A stretch of DNA of 64,000 bases from Eledone cirrhosa (Eukaryota), in NCBI GenBank assembly GCA_964016885.1, contig OZ024740.1, forward strand, positions 252,030,001 to 252,094,000. The letters are read 5' to 3'. The notes under the pieces were generated by a model that made no database searches, was not told where the DNA came from, and worked only from the letters and a program-made list of their open reading frames with translations. Shown here piece by piece: positions 51,201-64,000 of the stretch. How positions within the stretch are numbered: the stretch's first letter is position 1; each line of letters opens with the position of its first letter. The position numbers and the translations under genes were made by a program.

Positions 51201-54200
51201 CCCTTGGCCGGCTGGAAATATATTCCCCTTGGCCGGCTGGAAATTATCTCCTCTTGGCCGGCTGGATATTATCTCCCCTTGGCCGGCTGGATATTATCTC
51301 CCCTCGGCCGGCTGGAAATTATCTCCCCTTGGCCGGCTGGAATTTATCTCCCCTTGGCCGGCTGGATTTTATACCCCGTTGGCCGGCTGGTAATAATCTC
51401 CCCTTGCCCGGCTCGAAAATATCTCCCCTAAATTAAATTAAATTAAATTAAATCTAATTAATTAAATTAATTAATTAATTATATTTTTTTTATTTTATTT
51501 ATTTTTATTTTTTTTTATTAATTACGTTATTAATTAATTAATTATGTAAATTGATTTTATTTCAATTTAATGTTATTTCATTTCATTTAATTTAATTTAA
51601 TTTAATTTAATTTAATTTACTTTAAATCAATTTAATTTAATCTAATTTAATTTAAGTTAATTTTATTTTATTTTATTTCAAAAACGAAACGAAACCCGTG
51701 TACCTAAAAAAACAAACGAAAAGAAACCGGGGAACCTAAAAAATCGAACGAAACGAAATTATCTCCCCTTGGCCTGCTGGAAATTATCTTCCCTTGGCCG
51801 GCTTGATATTATCTCCCCTTGGCAGGCTGGAAATTATCTCCCCTTGGCCGACTGGAAATTATCTCTCCTTGGGCGGCGGGATATTATCTCCCCTTGGCCG
51901 GCTGGAAGTTATCTCCCCTTGGCCAGCTGGAAATTATCTCGCCTTGGCCGGCTGGAATTTAGCTCTCCTTGGCCGGCTGGAAATATACTCCCCTTGGCCG
52001 GCTGGAAATATACTCCCCTTGGCCGGCTGGAAATTATCTCCTCTTGGCCGGCTGGATATTATCTCCCCTTGGCTGCTGGATATTATCTCCCCTTGGCCAG
52101 CTGGAAATTATCTCCACTTGGCCGGCTGCAAATTATCTCCTCTTGGCCAGCTGGAAATTATCTCCCCTAAATTAAATTAAATTAAATCAAATTAATTAAA
52201 TTAATTAATTAATTGATTATATTTTTTTTATTTTATTTATTTTAATTTTTTTTTAATTACGTTATTAATTAATTAATTAATTATGTAAATTGATTTTATT
52301 TTAATTTAATTTAATTTAATTTAATTTAATTTACTTTAATTCAATTTAATTTAATTTTATTTAATTTTATTTTATTTTATTTAAAAAACGAAACGAAACC
52401 GGGGCACCTAAAAAAATAAACGAAAAGAAACCGGGGAACCTAAAAAATCGAACGAAATGAAATTATCTCCCCTTGGCCGGCTGGAAATTATCTCCCCTTA
52501 GCCGGCTGGAAATTATCTCCCATTGGCCGGCTGGATATTATCTCCCCTTGGCCGGCTGGATGTTATCTCCCCTTGGCCAGCTAGAAATTATCTCCACTTG
52601 GCCGGCTGGAAATTATCTTCTCTTGGCCGGCTGGAAATTATCTCCCTTTGGCCGGCTGCATATTATCTCCCCTTGGCCGGCTGGATATGATCTCCCCTTG
52701 GCCGGCTGGAAATTATCTCCCCTTGGCAGGTTGGAAATTATCTCCCCTTGGCCGGCTGGAAATTATCTCCCCTTGGCCGGCTGGAAATAATCTCCCCTTG
52801 GCCGGCCGCAAATTATCTCCCTTTGGCCGGCTGGATATTATCTCCGCTTGGCCGGCTGGAAATTATCTCCCCTTGGCTTGCTGGAAATTATCTCAACTCG
52901 GCCGGCTGGATACTATCTCCCCTTGGCCGGCTGGATATTATCTCCCCTTAGCCGGCTGGAATTTATCTCCCCTTGGCCGGCTGGATATTATCTCCACTTG
53001 GTCGGCTGGAAATTCTCTTCTCTTGGCCGGCTGGAAATTATCTCGCCTTGGCCGGCTGGAAATTATCTCCCCTTGGCCGGCTGGATATTATCTCCCCTTG
53101 GCCAGCTAGAAATTATCTCCCCTTGGCCGGCTGGAAATTATCTTCTCTAGGCCGGCTGGAAATTATATCCCTTTGGCCAGCTGGAAGTTATCTCCCCTTG
53201 GCTGGCTGGATATTATCTCCCATTGGCCCACTGGAAATTATCTCCCCTTAACCGGCTGGAAATTATCTCCCCTTGACCGGCACGAAATTATCTCCCCTAA
53301 AGTAAATTAAATCAAATTAATTAAATTAATTAATTAATTATTTATATTTTTTTTATTTTATTTATTTTATTTTTTTTATTAATTACGTTATTAATTAATT
53401 AATTAATTATGTAAATTGATTTTATTTCAATTTAATGTAATTTAATTTAATTTAATTTAATTTACTTTAATTCAATTTAATTTAATTCAATTTAATTTAA
53501 TTTAATTTTATTTTATTTTATTTCATTTAAAAAACGAAACGAAACCGGTATACCTAAAAAAACAAACGAAAAGAAACCGGGGAACCTAAAAAATCGAACG
53601 AAACGAAATTATCTCCCCTTGGCCTGCTGGAAATTATCTCCCCTTGGCCGGCTGGAAATTATCTCCCCTTGGCCGGCTCGAAATTATCTCCCATTAGCTG
53701 GCTGGAAATTATCTCCCCTTGGCCGGCTGGAAATTATCTCCCCTTGGCCGTCTGGAAATCATCGCCCCTTGGCCGGCTGGATTTATGTCCCCTTGGCCGG
53801 CTGGATATTATCTCCCCTTGGCCAGCTGGAAATTATCTCCACTTGGCCGGCTGCAAATTATCTCCTCTTGGCCAGCTGGAAATTATCTCCCCTAAATTAA
53901 ATGAAATTAAATTAAATTAAATCAAATTAATTAATTTAATTAATTAATTAATTTTATTTTTTTTATTCTAATTATTTTTATTTTTTTTTATTAATTACTT
54001 AATTAATTATGTTAATTGATTTTATTTCAATCCAATGTAATTTAATTTAATTTAATTTAATTTAATTTTATTTTATTTTATTTAAAAAACGAAATAAAAT
54101 CGCGGTACCTAAAAAAACAAACGAAACGAAATTATCTCCCCTTGGTCTGCTGGAAATTTTCTCCCCTTGGCCGGCTGGATATTATCTCCCCTTGGCCGAC

Positions 54201-57200
54201 TGCAAATTATCTTCTCTTGGCCGGCTGGAAATTATCTCCCTTTGGCCGGCTGGAAATTATCTCCCCTTGGCCGGCTGGAAATTATCTCCCATTGGCTGGC
54301 TGGAAATTATCATCCCTAGGCCGGCTGGGAATTAACTCCACTTGGCTGGCTAGAAACTATCTTCCCTTGGCCGGCTGGATATTATCTCCCCTTGGCCGGC
54401 TAGAAATAATCTCCCCTTAGCCGGCTCGAAATTATCTCCCCTAAATTAAATTAAATTAAATTAAATTAAATCAAATTAATTAAATTAATTAATTAATTAA
54501 TTTTATTTTTTTTATTCTAATTATTTTTATTTTTTTTATTAATTACGTTATTAATTAATTAATTAATTATGTTAATTGATTTTATTTCAATCCAATGTAA
54601 TTTAATTTAATTTAATTTAATTTTATTTTATTTTATTTTATTTTATTTTATTTTATTTAAAAAACGAAACGAAACCGGGGTACCTAAAAAAACGAACGAA
54701 AAGAAACCGGGGAACCTAAAAAATCGAACGAAATGAAATTATCTACCCTTGGCTTGCTGGAAATTATCTCAACTCGGCCGGCTGGATACTATCTCCCCTT
54801 GGCCGGCTGGAAATTATCTCCCCTTAGCCGGCTGGAAATTATCTCCCCTTGGCCGGCTGGATAATATCTCCCCTTGGCCGGCTGGAAATTATGTTCTCTC
54901 GGCCGGCTGGAAATTATCTCCCCTTGGCCGGCTGGAAATTATCTCCCCTTGGCCGGCTGGATATTATCTCCCCTTGGCCGGCTGGATGTTATCTCCCCTT
55001 GGCCAGCTAGAAATTATCTCCCCTTGGCCGGCTGGAAATTATCTTCCCTTGGCCGGCTGGAAATTATCTCACTTTGGCCGGCTGGATATTATCTCCCCTT
55101 GGCCGGCTGGATGTTATGTCCCCTTGGCCGGCTGGATATTATCTCCCCTTGGCCGGCAGGAAATTATATCCCCTTGGCCGGCTGGAATTTATCTCCCCTT
55201 GGCCGGCTGGAATTTATCTCCCCTTGGTCGGCTGGAATTTATATCCCCTTGCCCGGCTCGAAAATATCTCCCCTAAATTAAATTAAATTAAATTAAATTA
55301 AATCAAATTAATTAAATTAATTAATTAATTAATTATATTTTTTTTATTTTATCTATTTTTTTTTTTTTTGATTACGTTATTAATTAATTAATTAATTATG
55401 TAAATTGATTTTATTTCAATTTAATGTAATTTAATTTAATTTAATTTAATTTACTTTAATTCAATTCAATTTAATTTAATTTAATTTAATGTAATTTACT
55501 TTAATTCAATTTAATTTAATTTAATTTAATTTAATTTAATTTAATTTTATTTTATTTCATTTAAAAAACGAAACGAAACCGGTGTGCCTAAAAAAACAAA
55601 AGAAAAGAAACCGGGGTACCTAAAAAATCAAACGAAACGAAATTATCTCCCCTTGGCCTGCTGGATATTATCTCCCCTTGGCCAGCTGGAAATAATCTCC
55701 CCTTGGCCGGCTGGAAATTATGTCCCCTTGGCCGGCTCGAAATTATCTCCCCTAAATTAAATTAAATTAAATTAAATTAAATTAAATCAAATTAATTAAA
55801 TTAATTAATTAATTAATTTTATTTTTTTATTCTAATTATTTTTATTTTTTTTATTAATTACGTTATTAATTAATAAATTAATTATGTTAATTGATTTTAT
55901 TTCAATCCAATGTAATTTAATTTAATTTAATTTTATTTTATTTTATTTTATATTATTTTATATTATTTTATATAAAAAACGAAACAAAACCGAGGTGCCT
56001 AAAAAAACAAACGAAAAGAAACCGGGGAACCTAAAAAATCAAACGAAACGAAATTATCTCCCCTTGGCCGGCTGGATATTATCTCCCCTTGGCCGACTGC
56101 AAATTATCTTCTCTAGGCCGGCTGGAAATTATCTCCCCTTGGCCGGCTGGAAATTATCTCCCATTGGCTGGCTGGAAATTATCACCCCTAGGCCGGCTGG
56201 GAATTAACTCCACTTGGCTGGCTAGAAACTATCTTCCTTTGGCCGGCTGGATATTATCTCCCCTTGGCCGGCTGGAAATAATCTCCCCTTGGCCGGCTGG
56301 AAATTATGTCCCCTTAGCCGGCTCGAAATTATCTCCCCTAAATTAAATTAAATTAAATCAAATTAATTAAATTAATTAATTAATTAATTTTATTTTTTTT
56401 ATTCTAATCATTTTTATTTTTTTTATTAATTACGTTATTAATTAATTAATTAATTATGTTAATTGATTTTATTTCAATCCAATGTAATTTAATTTAATTT
56501 AATTTAATTTAATTTAATTTAATTTTATTTTATTTTATTTAAAAAACGAAACGAAACCGGGGTACCTAAAAAAACGAACGAAAAGAAACCGGGGTACCTA
56601 AAAAAACGAACGAAAAGAAACCGGGGAACCTAAAAAATCGAACGAAATGAAATTATCTCCCCTTGGCTTGCTGGAAATTATCTCAACTCGGCCGGCTGGA
56701 TACTATCTCCCCTTGGCCGGCTGGAAATTATCTCCCCTTGGCCGGCTGGATAATATCTCCCCTTGGCCGGCTGGAAATTATGTTCTCTTGGCCGGCTGGA
56801 AATTATCTCCCCATGGCCGGCTGGAAATTATCTCCCCTTGGCCGGGTGGATATTATCTCCCCTTGGCCGGCTGGCTGTTATCTCCCCTTGGCCAGCTAGA
56901 AATTATCTCCCCTTGGCCGGCTGGAAATTATCTTCTCTTGGCCGGCTGGAAATTATCTCCCTTTGGCCGGCTGGATATTATCTCCCCTTGGCCGACTGGA
57001 TATTATCTCACCTTGGCCGGCTGGAAATAATCTCCCCTTGGCCGGCTGGAAATTATGTCCCCTTAGCCGGCTCGAAATTATCTCCCCTAAATTAAATTAA
57101 ATTAATTAAATTAAATTAAATCAAATTAATTAAATTAATTAATTAATTAATTTTATTTTTTTTATTCTAATCATTTTTTTTTTTTTTATTAATTACGTTA

Positions 57201-60200
57201 TTAATTAATTAATTAATTATGTTAATTGATTTTATTTCAATCCAATGTAATTTAATTTAATTTAATTTAATTTTATTTTATTTTATTTTATTTTATTTAA
57301 AAAACGAAACGAAACCGGGGTACCTAAAAAAACGAACGAAAAGAAACCGGGGAACCTAAAAAATCGAACGAAATAAAATTATCTCCCCTTGGCTTGCTGG
57401 AAATTATCTCAACTCGGCCGGCTGGATACTATCTCCCCTTGGCCGGCTGGAAATTATCTCCCCATGGCCGGCTGGAAATTATGTCCCCTTGGCCGGGTGG
57501 ATATTATCTCCCCTTGGCCGGCTGGATGTTATCTCTCCTTGGCCAGCTAGAAATTATCTCCCCTTGGCCGGCTGGAAATTATCTTCTCTTGGCCGGCTGG
57601 AAATGATCTCCCTTTGGCCGGCTGGATATTATCTCCCCTTGGCCGGCTGGATATGATCTCCCCTTGGCCGGCTGGAAATTATCTCCCCTTGGCCGGTTGG
57701 AAATTATCTCCCCTTGGCCGGCTGTAAATTATCTCCCCTTGGCCGGCTGGAAATTATCGCCCCTTGGCCGGCTGGATGTTATGTCCCCTTGGCCGGCTCG
57801 ATGATATTTCCCGTTGGCCAGCAGGAAATTATATCCCCTTGGCCGGCTGGAAATAATCTCCCCTTGGCCGGCCGGAAATTATCTCCCTTTGGCCGGCTTG
57901 ATATTATCTCCCCTTGGCCGGCTGGAATTTATCTCCCCTTGGCCGGCTGGAATTTATATCCCTTTGCCCGGCTCGAAAATATCTCCCCTAAATTAAATTA
58001 AATTAAATTAAATTAAATCAAATTAATTAAATTAATTAATTAATTCATTTTATTTTTTTTTATTAATTACGTTATTAATTAATTAATTATGTTAATTGAT
58101 TTTATTTCAATCCAATGTAATTTAATTTAATTTAATTTAATTTAAATTTATTTTATTTTATTTTATTTTATTTAAAAAACGAAACAAAACCGTGTTACCT
58201 AAAAAAACAAACGAAAAGAAACTGGGGAACCTAAAAAATCAAACGAAACGAAATTATCTCCCCTTGGTCTGCTGGAAATTATCTCCCCTTGGCCGGCTGG
58301 ATATTATCTCCCCTTGGCCGACTGCAAATTATCTTCTCTTGGCCGGCTGGAAATTATCTCCCTTTGGCCGGCTGGAAATTATCTCCCCTTGGCCGGCTGG
58401 AAATTAGCTCCCATTGGCTGGCTGGAAATTATCACCCCTAGGCCGGCTGGGAATTAACTCCACTTAGCTGGCTAGAAACTATCTTCCCTTGGCCGGCTGG
58501 ATATTATCTCCCCTTGGCCGGCTGGAAATAATCTCCCCTTGGCCGGCTGGAAATTATGTCCCCTTAGCCGGCTCGAAATTATCTCCCCTAAATTAAATTA
58601 AATTAATTAAATTAAATTAAATTAAATCAAATTAATTAAATTAATTAATTAATTAATTTTATTTTTTTTATTCTAATCATTTTTATTTTTTTTATTAATT
58701 ACGTTATTAAATAATTAATTAATTATGTTAATTGATTTTATTTCAATCCAATGTAATTTAATTTAATTTAATTTAATTTAATTTAATTTAATTTAATTTT
58801 ATTTTATTTTATTTAAAAAACGAAACGAAACCGGGGTACCTAAAAAAACGAACGAAAAGAAACCGGGGAACCTAAAAAATCGAACGAAATGAAATTATCT
58901 CCCCTTGGCTTGATGGAAATTATCTCAACTCGGCCGGCTGGATACTATCTCCCCTTGGCCGGCTGGAAATTATCTCCCCTTAGCCGGCTGGAAATTATCT
59001 CCCCTTGGCCGGCTGGATAATATCTCCCCTTGGCCGGCTGGAAATTATCTTCTCTTGGCCGGCTGGAAATTATCTCCCTTTGGCCGGCTGGATATTATCT
59101 CCCCTTGGCAGGCTGGATATGATCTCCGCTTGGCCGGCTGGAAATTATCTCCCCTTGGCCGGTTGGAAATTATCTCCCCTTGGCCGGCTGGAAATTATCT
59201 CCCCTTGGCCGGCTGGAAATTATAGCCCCTTGGCCGGCTGGATGTTATGTCCCCTTGGCCGGCTGGATATTATCTCCCCTTGGCCGGCAGGAAATTATAT
59301 CCCCTTGGCCGGCTGGAAATAATCTCCCCTTGGCCGGCCGGAAATTATCTCCCTTTGGCCGGCTGGATATTATCTCCCCTCGGCCGGCTGGAAATTATCT
59401 CCCCTTGGCCGGCTGGAATTTATATCCCTTTGCCCGGCTCGAAAATATCTCCCCTAAATTAAATTAAATTAAATTAAATTAAATCAAATTAATTAAATTA
59501 TTTAATTAATTATGTAAATTGATTTTATTTCAATTTAATGTAATTTAATTTAATTTAATTTACTTTAATTCAATTCAATTTAATTTAATTTAATTTAATT
59601 TAATTTAATTTACTTTAATTCAATTTAATTTAATTTAATTTAATTTAATTTAATTTTATTTTATTTCATTTACAAAACGAAACGAAACCGGTGTGCCTAA
59701 AAAAACAAAAGAAAAGAAACCGGGGAACCTAAAAAATCAAACGAAACGAAATTATCTCCCCTTGGCCTGCTGGATATTATCTCCCCTTGGCCAGCTGGAA
59801 ATAATCTCCCCTTGGCCGGCTGGAAATTATGTCCCCTTGGCCGGCTCGAAATTATCTCCCCTGAATTAAATTAAATTAAATTAAATTAAATTAAATTAAA
59901 TCAAATTAATTAAATTAATTAATTAATTTTATTTTTTTTATTCTAATTATTTTTATTTTTTTTTTATTAATTACGTTATTAATTAATTAATTAATTATGT
60001 TAATTGATTTTATTTCAATCCAATGTAATTTAATTTAATTTTATTTTATTTTATTTTATTTTATATTATTTTATATTATTTTATTTAAAAAAGGAAACTA
60101 AACCGAGGTACCTAAAAAACAAACGAAAAGAAACCGGGGAACCTAAAAAATCAAACGAAACGAAATTATCTCCCCTTGGCCGGCTGGATATTATCTCCCC

Positions 60201-63200
60201 TTGGCCGACTGCAAATTATCTTCTCTAGGCCGGCTGGAAATTATCTACCCTTGGCCGGCTGGAAATTATCTCCCATTGGCTGGCTGGAAATTATCACCCC
60301 TAGGCCAGCTGGGAATTAACTCCACTTGGCTGGCTAGAAACTATCTTCCTTTGGCCGGCTGGATATTATCTCCCCTTGGCCGGCTGGAAATAATCTCCCC
60401 TTGGCCGGCTGGAAATTATGTCCCCTTAGCCGGCTCGAAATTATCTCCCCTAAATTAAATTAAATTAAATTAAATTAAATTAAATTAAATCAAATTAATT
60501 TAATTAATTAATTAATTAATTTTTTTTTTTTTATTCTAATCATTTTTATTTTTTTTTATTAATTACGTTATTAATTAATTAATTATGTTAATTGATTTTA
60601 TTTCAATCCAATGTAATTTAATTTAATTTAATTTAATTTAATTTAATTTAATTTTATTTTATTTTATTTTATTTAAAAAACGAAACGAAACCGGGGTACC
60701 TAAAAAAACGAACGAAAAGAAACCGGGGAACCTAAAAAATCGAACGAAATGAAATTATCTCCCCTTGGCTTCATGGAAATTATCTCAACTCGGCCGGCTG
60801 GATACTATCTCCCCTTGGCCGGCTGGAAATTATCTCCCCTTAGCCGGCTGGAAATTATCTCCCCTTGGCCGGCTGGATAATATCTCCCCTTGGCCGGCTG
60901 GAAATTATGTTCTCTTGGCCGGCTGGAAATTATCTCCCCATGGCCGGCTGGAAATTATCTCCCGTTGGCCGGGTGGATATTATCTCCCCTTGGCCGGCTG
61001 GATGTTATCTCCCCTTGGCCAGCTAGAAATTATCTCCCCTTGGCCGGCTGGAAATTATCTCCCCTTGGCCGGCTGGATATTATCTCCCCTTGGCCGGCTG
61101 GATATTATCTCCCCTTGGCCGGCTGGAAATTATCTTCTCTAGGCCGGCTGGAAATTATCTCCCTTTGGCCGGCTGGAAGTTATCTCCCCTTGGCTGGCTG
61201 GATATTATCTCCCATTGGCCGACTGGAAATTATCTCCCCTTAACCGGCTGGAAATTATCTCCCCTTGACCGGCACGAAATTATCTCCCCTAAAGTAAATT
61301 AAATCTAATTAATTAAATTAATTAATTAATTATTTATATTTTTTTATTTAATTTATTTTATTTTTTTTATTAATTACGTTATTAATTAATTAATTAATTA
61401 TGTAAATTGATTTTATTTTAATTTAATTTAATTTAATTTACTTTAATTCAATTTAATTTAATTCAATTTAATTTAATTTTATTTTATTTCATTTAAAAAA
61501 CGAAACGAAACCGGTGTGCCTAAAAAACAAAAGAAAGAAACCGGGGAACCTAAAAAATCGAACGAATCGAAATTAACTCCCCTTGGCCTGCTGGAAATTA
61601 TCTCCCCTTGGCCGGCTGAAAATTAGCTCCCTTTGGCCGGCTGGATACTATCTCCCCTTGGCCGGCTGTAAATTATCTCCCCTTGGGCGGCTGGAAGTTA
61701 TCTCCCCTTGGCCGGCTGGATATTATCTCTCCTTGGCCAGCTAGAAATTATCTCCTCTTGGCCGGCTGGATATTATCACCCCTTGGCCAGCTGGAAATTA
61801 TCTCCACTTGGCCGGCTGGAAATTATCTCCTCTTGGCCGGCTGGAAATTATCTCCCCTAAATTAAATTAAATTAAATCAAATTAATTAAATTAATTAATT
61901 AATTGATTATATTTTTTTTATTTTATTTATTTTAATTTTTTTTTTAATTACGTTATTAATTAATTAATTAATTATGTAAATTGATTTTATTTTAATTTAA
62001 TGTAATTTAATTTAATTTAATTTACTTTAATTCAATTTAATTTAATTTTATTTAATTTAATTTTATTTTATTTTATTTAAAAAACGAAACGAAACCGGGG
62101 CACCTAAAAAAACAAACGAAAAGAAACCGGGGAACCTAAAAAATCGAACGAAATGAAATTATCTCCCCTTGGGTTGCTGGAAATTATCTCAACTCGACCG
62201 GCTGGATACTATCTACCCTTGGCCGGCTGGAAATTATCTCCCCTTAGCCGGCTGGAAATTATCTCCCATTGGCCGGCTGGATATTATCTCCCCTTGGCCG
62301 GCTGGATGTTATCTCCCCTTGGCCAGCTAGAAATTATCTCCAGTTGGCCGGCTGGAAATTATCTTCTCTTGGCCGGCTGGAAATTATCTCCCTTTGGCCG
62401 GCTGCATATTATCTCCCCTTGGCCGGCTGGATATGATCTCCCCTTGGCCGGCTGGAAATTATCTCTCCTTGGCAGGTTGGAAATTATCTCCCTTTGGCCG
62501 GCTGAAAATTATCTCCCTTTGGCCGGCTGGATACTATCTCCCCTTGGTCAGCTAGAAATTATCTCCCCTTGGCCGGCTGGATACTATCTCCCCTTGGCCA
62601 GCTGGAAATTATCTCCACTTGGCCGGCTGGAAATTATCTCCTCTTCGCCGGCTGGAAATTATCTCGCCTTGGCCGGCTGGAAATTATCTCCTCTAAATTC
62701 AATTAAATTAAATTAAATTAAATTAAATTAAATCAAATTAATTAAATTAATTAATTAATTAATTTTATTTTTTTTATTCTAATTATTTTTATTTTTTTTT
62801 TTATTAATTACGTTATTAATTAATTAATTAATTATGTTAATTGATTTTATTTCAATCCAATGTAATTTAATTTAATTTAATTTAATATAATTTAATTTAA
62901 TTTAATTTAATTTTATTTTATTTAAAAAACGAAACGAAACCGGGGTACCAAAAAAACGAACGAAAAGAAACCGGGGAACCTAAAAAATCGAACGAAATGA
63001 AATTATCTCCCCTTGGCTTGCTGGAAATTATCTCAACTCGGCCGGCTGGATACTATCTCCCCTTGGCCGGCTGGAAATTATCTCCCCTTAGCCGGCTGGA
63101 AATTATCTCCCCTTGGCCGGCTGGATAATATCTCCCCTTGGCCGGCTGGAAATTATGTTCTCTTGGCCGGCTGGAAATTATCTCCTCTTGGCCGGCTGGA

Positions 63201-63254
63201 AATTATCTCCCCTTGGCCGGCTGGATATTATCTGCCCTTGGCCGGCTGGAAATT
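39236..63254 (+). repeat. Composite satellite domain A (second block)
   Basis: Same 25-bp monomer arrays and about 32 AT-rich elements, largely a mosaic of segments also present in 1-30659. Confidence 0.98.
40490..59360 (+). repeat. ~10.0-kb-period tandem duplication (~40490-49300 vs ~50560-59330)
   Basis: ORF pairs with offsets 10071-10075 (40534/50605, 41694/51769), then 10020-10025 (42623/52648, 44117/54142, 44729/54749, 48981/59005). Confidence 0.93.
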
Positions 63255-64000
63255 ATCTCCCCCTGATTTTTTTACAAATTATCTCCCCCTGATTTTTTTT
63301 ACAAATTATCTCCCCCTGATTTTTTTTACAAATTATCTCCCCTTGATTTTTTTTTACAAATTATCTCCCCCTGATTTTTTTTTTACAAATTATCTCCCCC
63401 TGATTTTTTTTAAAATTATCTTCCCTTGGCTGGCGGGAAATTATCTCCCCTTGGACGGCTGGAAATTATCTCCCCTTGGAAGGATGTAAATTATCTCCCC
63501 TTGGACGGCTGGAAATTATCTCCCCTTGCACGGCTGGAAATTATCTCCCCTTGCACGGCTGGAAATTATCTCCCCTTGATTTTTTTTACAAATTATCTCC
63601 CCCTGATTTTTTTTTACAAATTATCTCCCCCTGATTTTTTTTTACAAGTTATCTCCCCCTGATTTTTTTTACAAATTATCTCCCCCTGAATTTTAAAAAA
63701 AAAATTATCTCCCCTTCGCTGGCTGGAAATTATCTCCCCTTGGACGCTGGAAATTATAGCCCCTTGGAGGGCTGGAAATTATCTTCCCTTGGACGGCTGG
63801 AAATTATCTTCCCTTGGACGGCTGGAAATTATCTCCCCTTGATTTTTTTTACAAATTATCTCCCCCTGATTTTTTTTTACAAATTATCTCCCCCTGATTT
63901 TTTTTACAAATTATCTACCCCTGATTTTTTTTACAAATTATCTCCCCCTGATTTTTTTTTACAAATTATCTCCCTCTGATTTTTTTTTACAAATTATCTC
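63255..64000 (+). repeat. Second copy of domain B, truncated by window end
   Basis: Matches 30660-31405 at offset 32595. Confidence 0.96.

Noticed and set aside
18-63979. Large number of + strand ORFs encoding LAGWKLSPLGRLEIISPWPAGNYLP-type repeats
   Set aside because: The 25-bp consensus has no + strand stop codon and 25 is not a multiple of 3, so all three frames give the same 25-aa cycle. Most starts are TTG, stops and frameshifts occur freely, and there is no domain signature. The minus strand is closed by the TAA in each core.
1-64000. CRISPR array (repeats with AT-rich leader-like regions and degenerate terminal repeats)
   Set aside because: There are no unique 25-45-bp spacers: linkers are ~10 bp and near-identical. 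No cas genes are present in the window.
1-64000. Stable G-quadruplex or i-motif array
   Set aside because: G4-5 runs are separated by ~21-25-nt loops, well beyond canonical loop lengths, so support is weak.
1-64000. rDNA intergenic spacer, or assignment to a named satellite family or organism
   Set aside because: No rRNA sequence is present and I do not recognise the monomer; a database search is required.

Overview
The whole 64-kb window is non-coding, head-to-tail composite tandem-repeat (satellite-like) DNA in a single orientation. I can support no genes, RNA genes or CRISPR arrays; all ORFs in the track are translations of the repeat. Everything is built around one conserved core, (G)AAATTATCTCCCC(T), joined by four kinds of linker. 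(1) A 10-bp GC linker TGGCCGGCTG gives the 25-bp monomer of domain A. (2) A ~230-370-bp AT-rich element (imperfect foldback plus an A-rich CCGG box; about 73 copies by manual count, a few truncated to ~100-180 bp) splits domain A into short polarised arrays of about n x 25 + 15 bp. (3) A variant GC linker TGGACGGCTG and (4) a T-tract linker CTGA(T7-11)AC together form domain B (30660-39235 and 63255-end), which lacks the AT element. Recent near-identical duplications of about 0.9, 1.2, 3, 5 and 10 kb, and dispersed copies offset by ~17, 33, 45 and 55 kb, are superimposed, with breakpoints inside the monomer arrays. Eukaryotic heterochromatic (centromeric, pericentromeric or subtelomeric) DNA is the most likely source, but organism and function cannot be determined from sequence alone. 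Coordinates were read by eye and duplication breakpoints are approximate.
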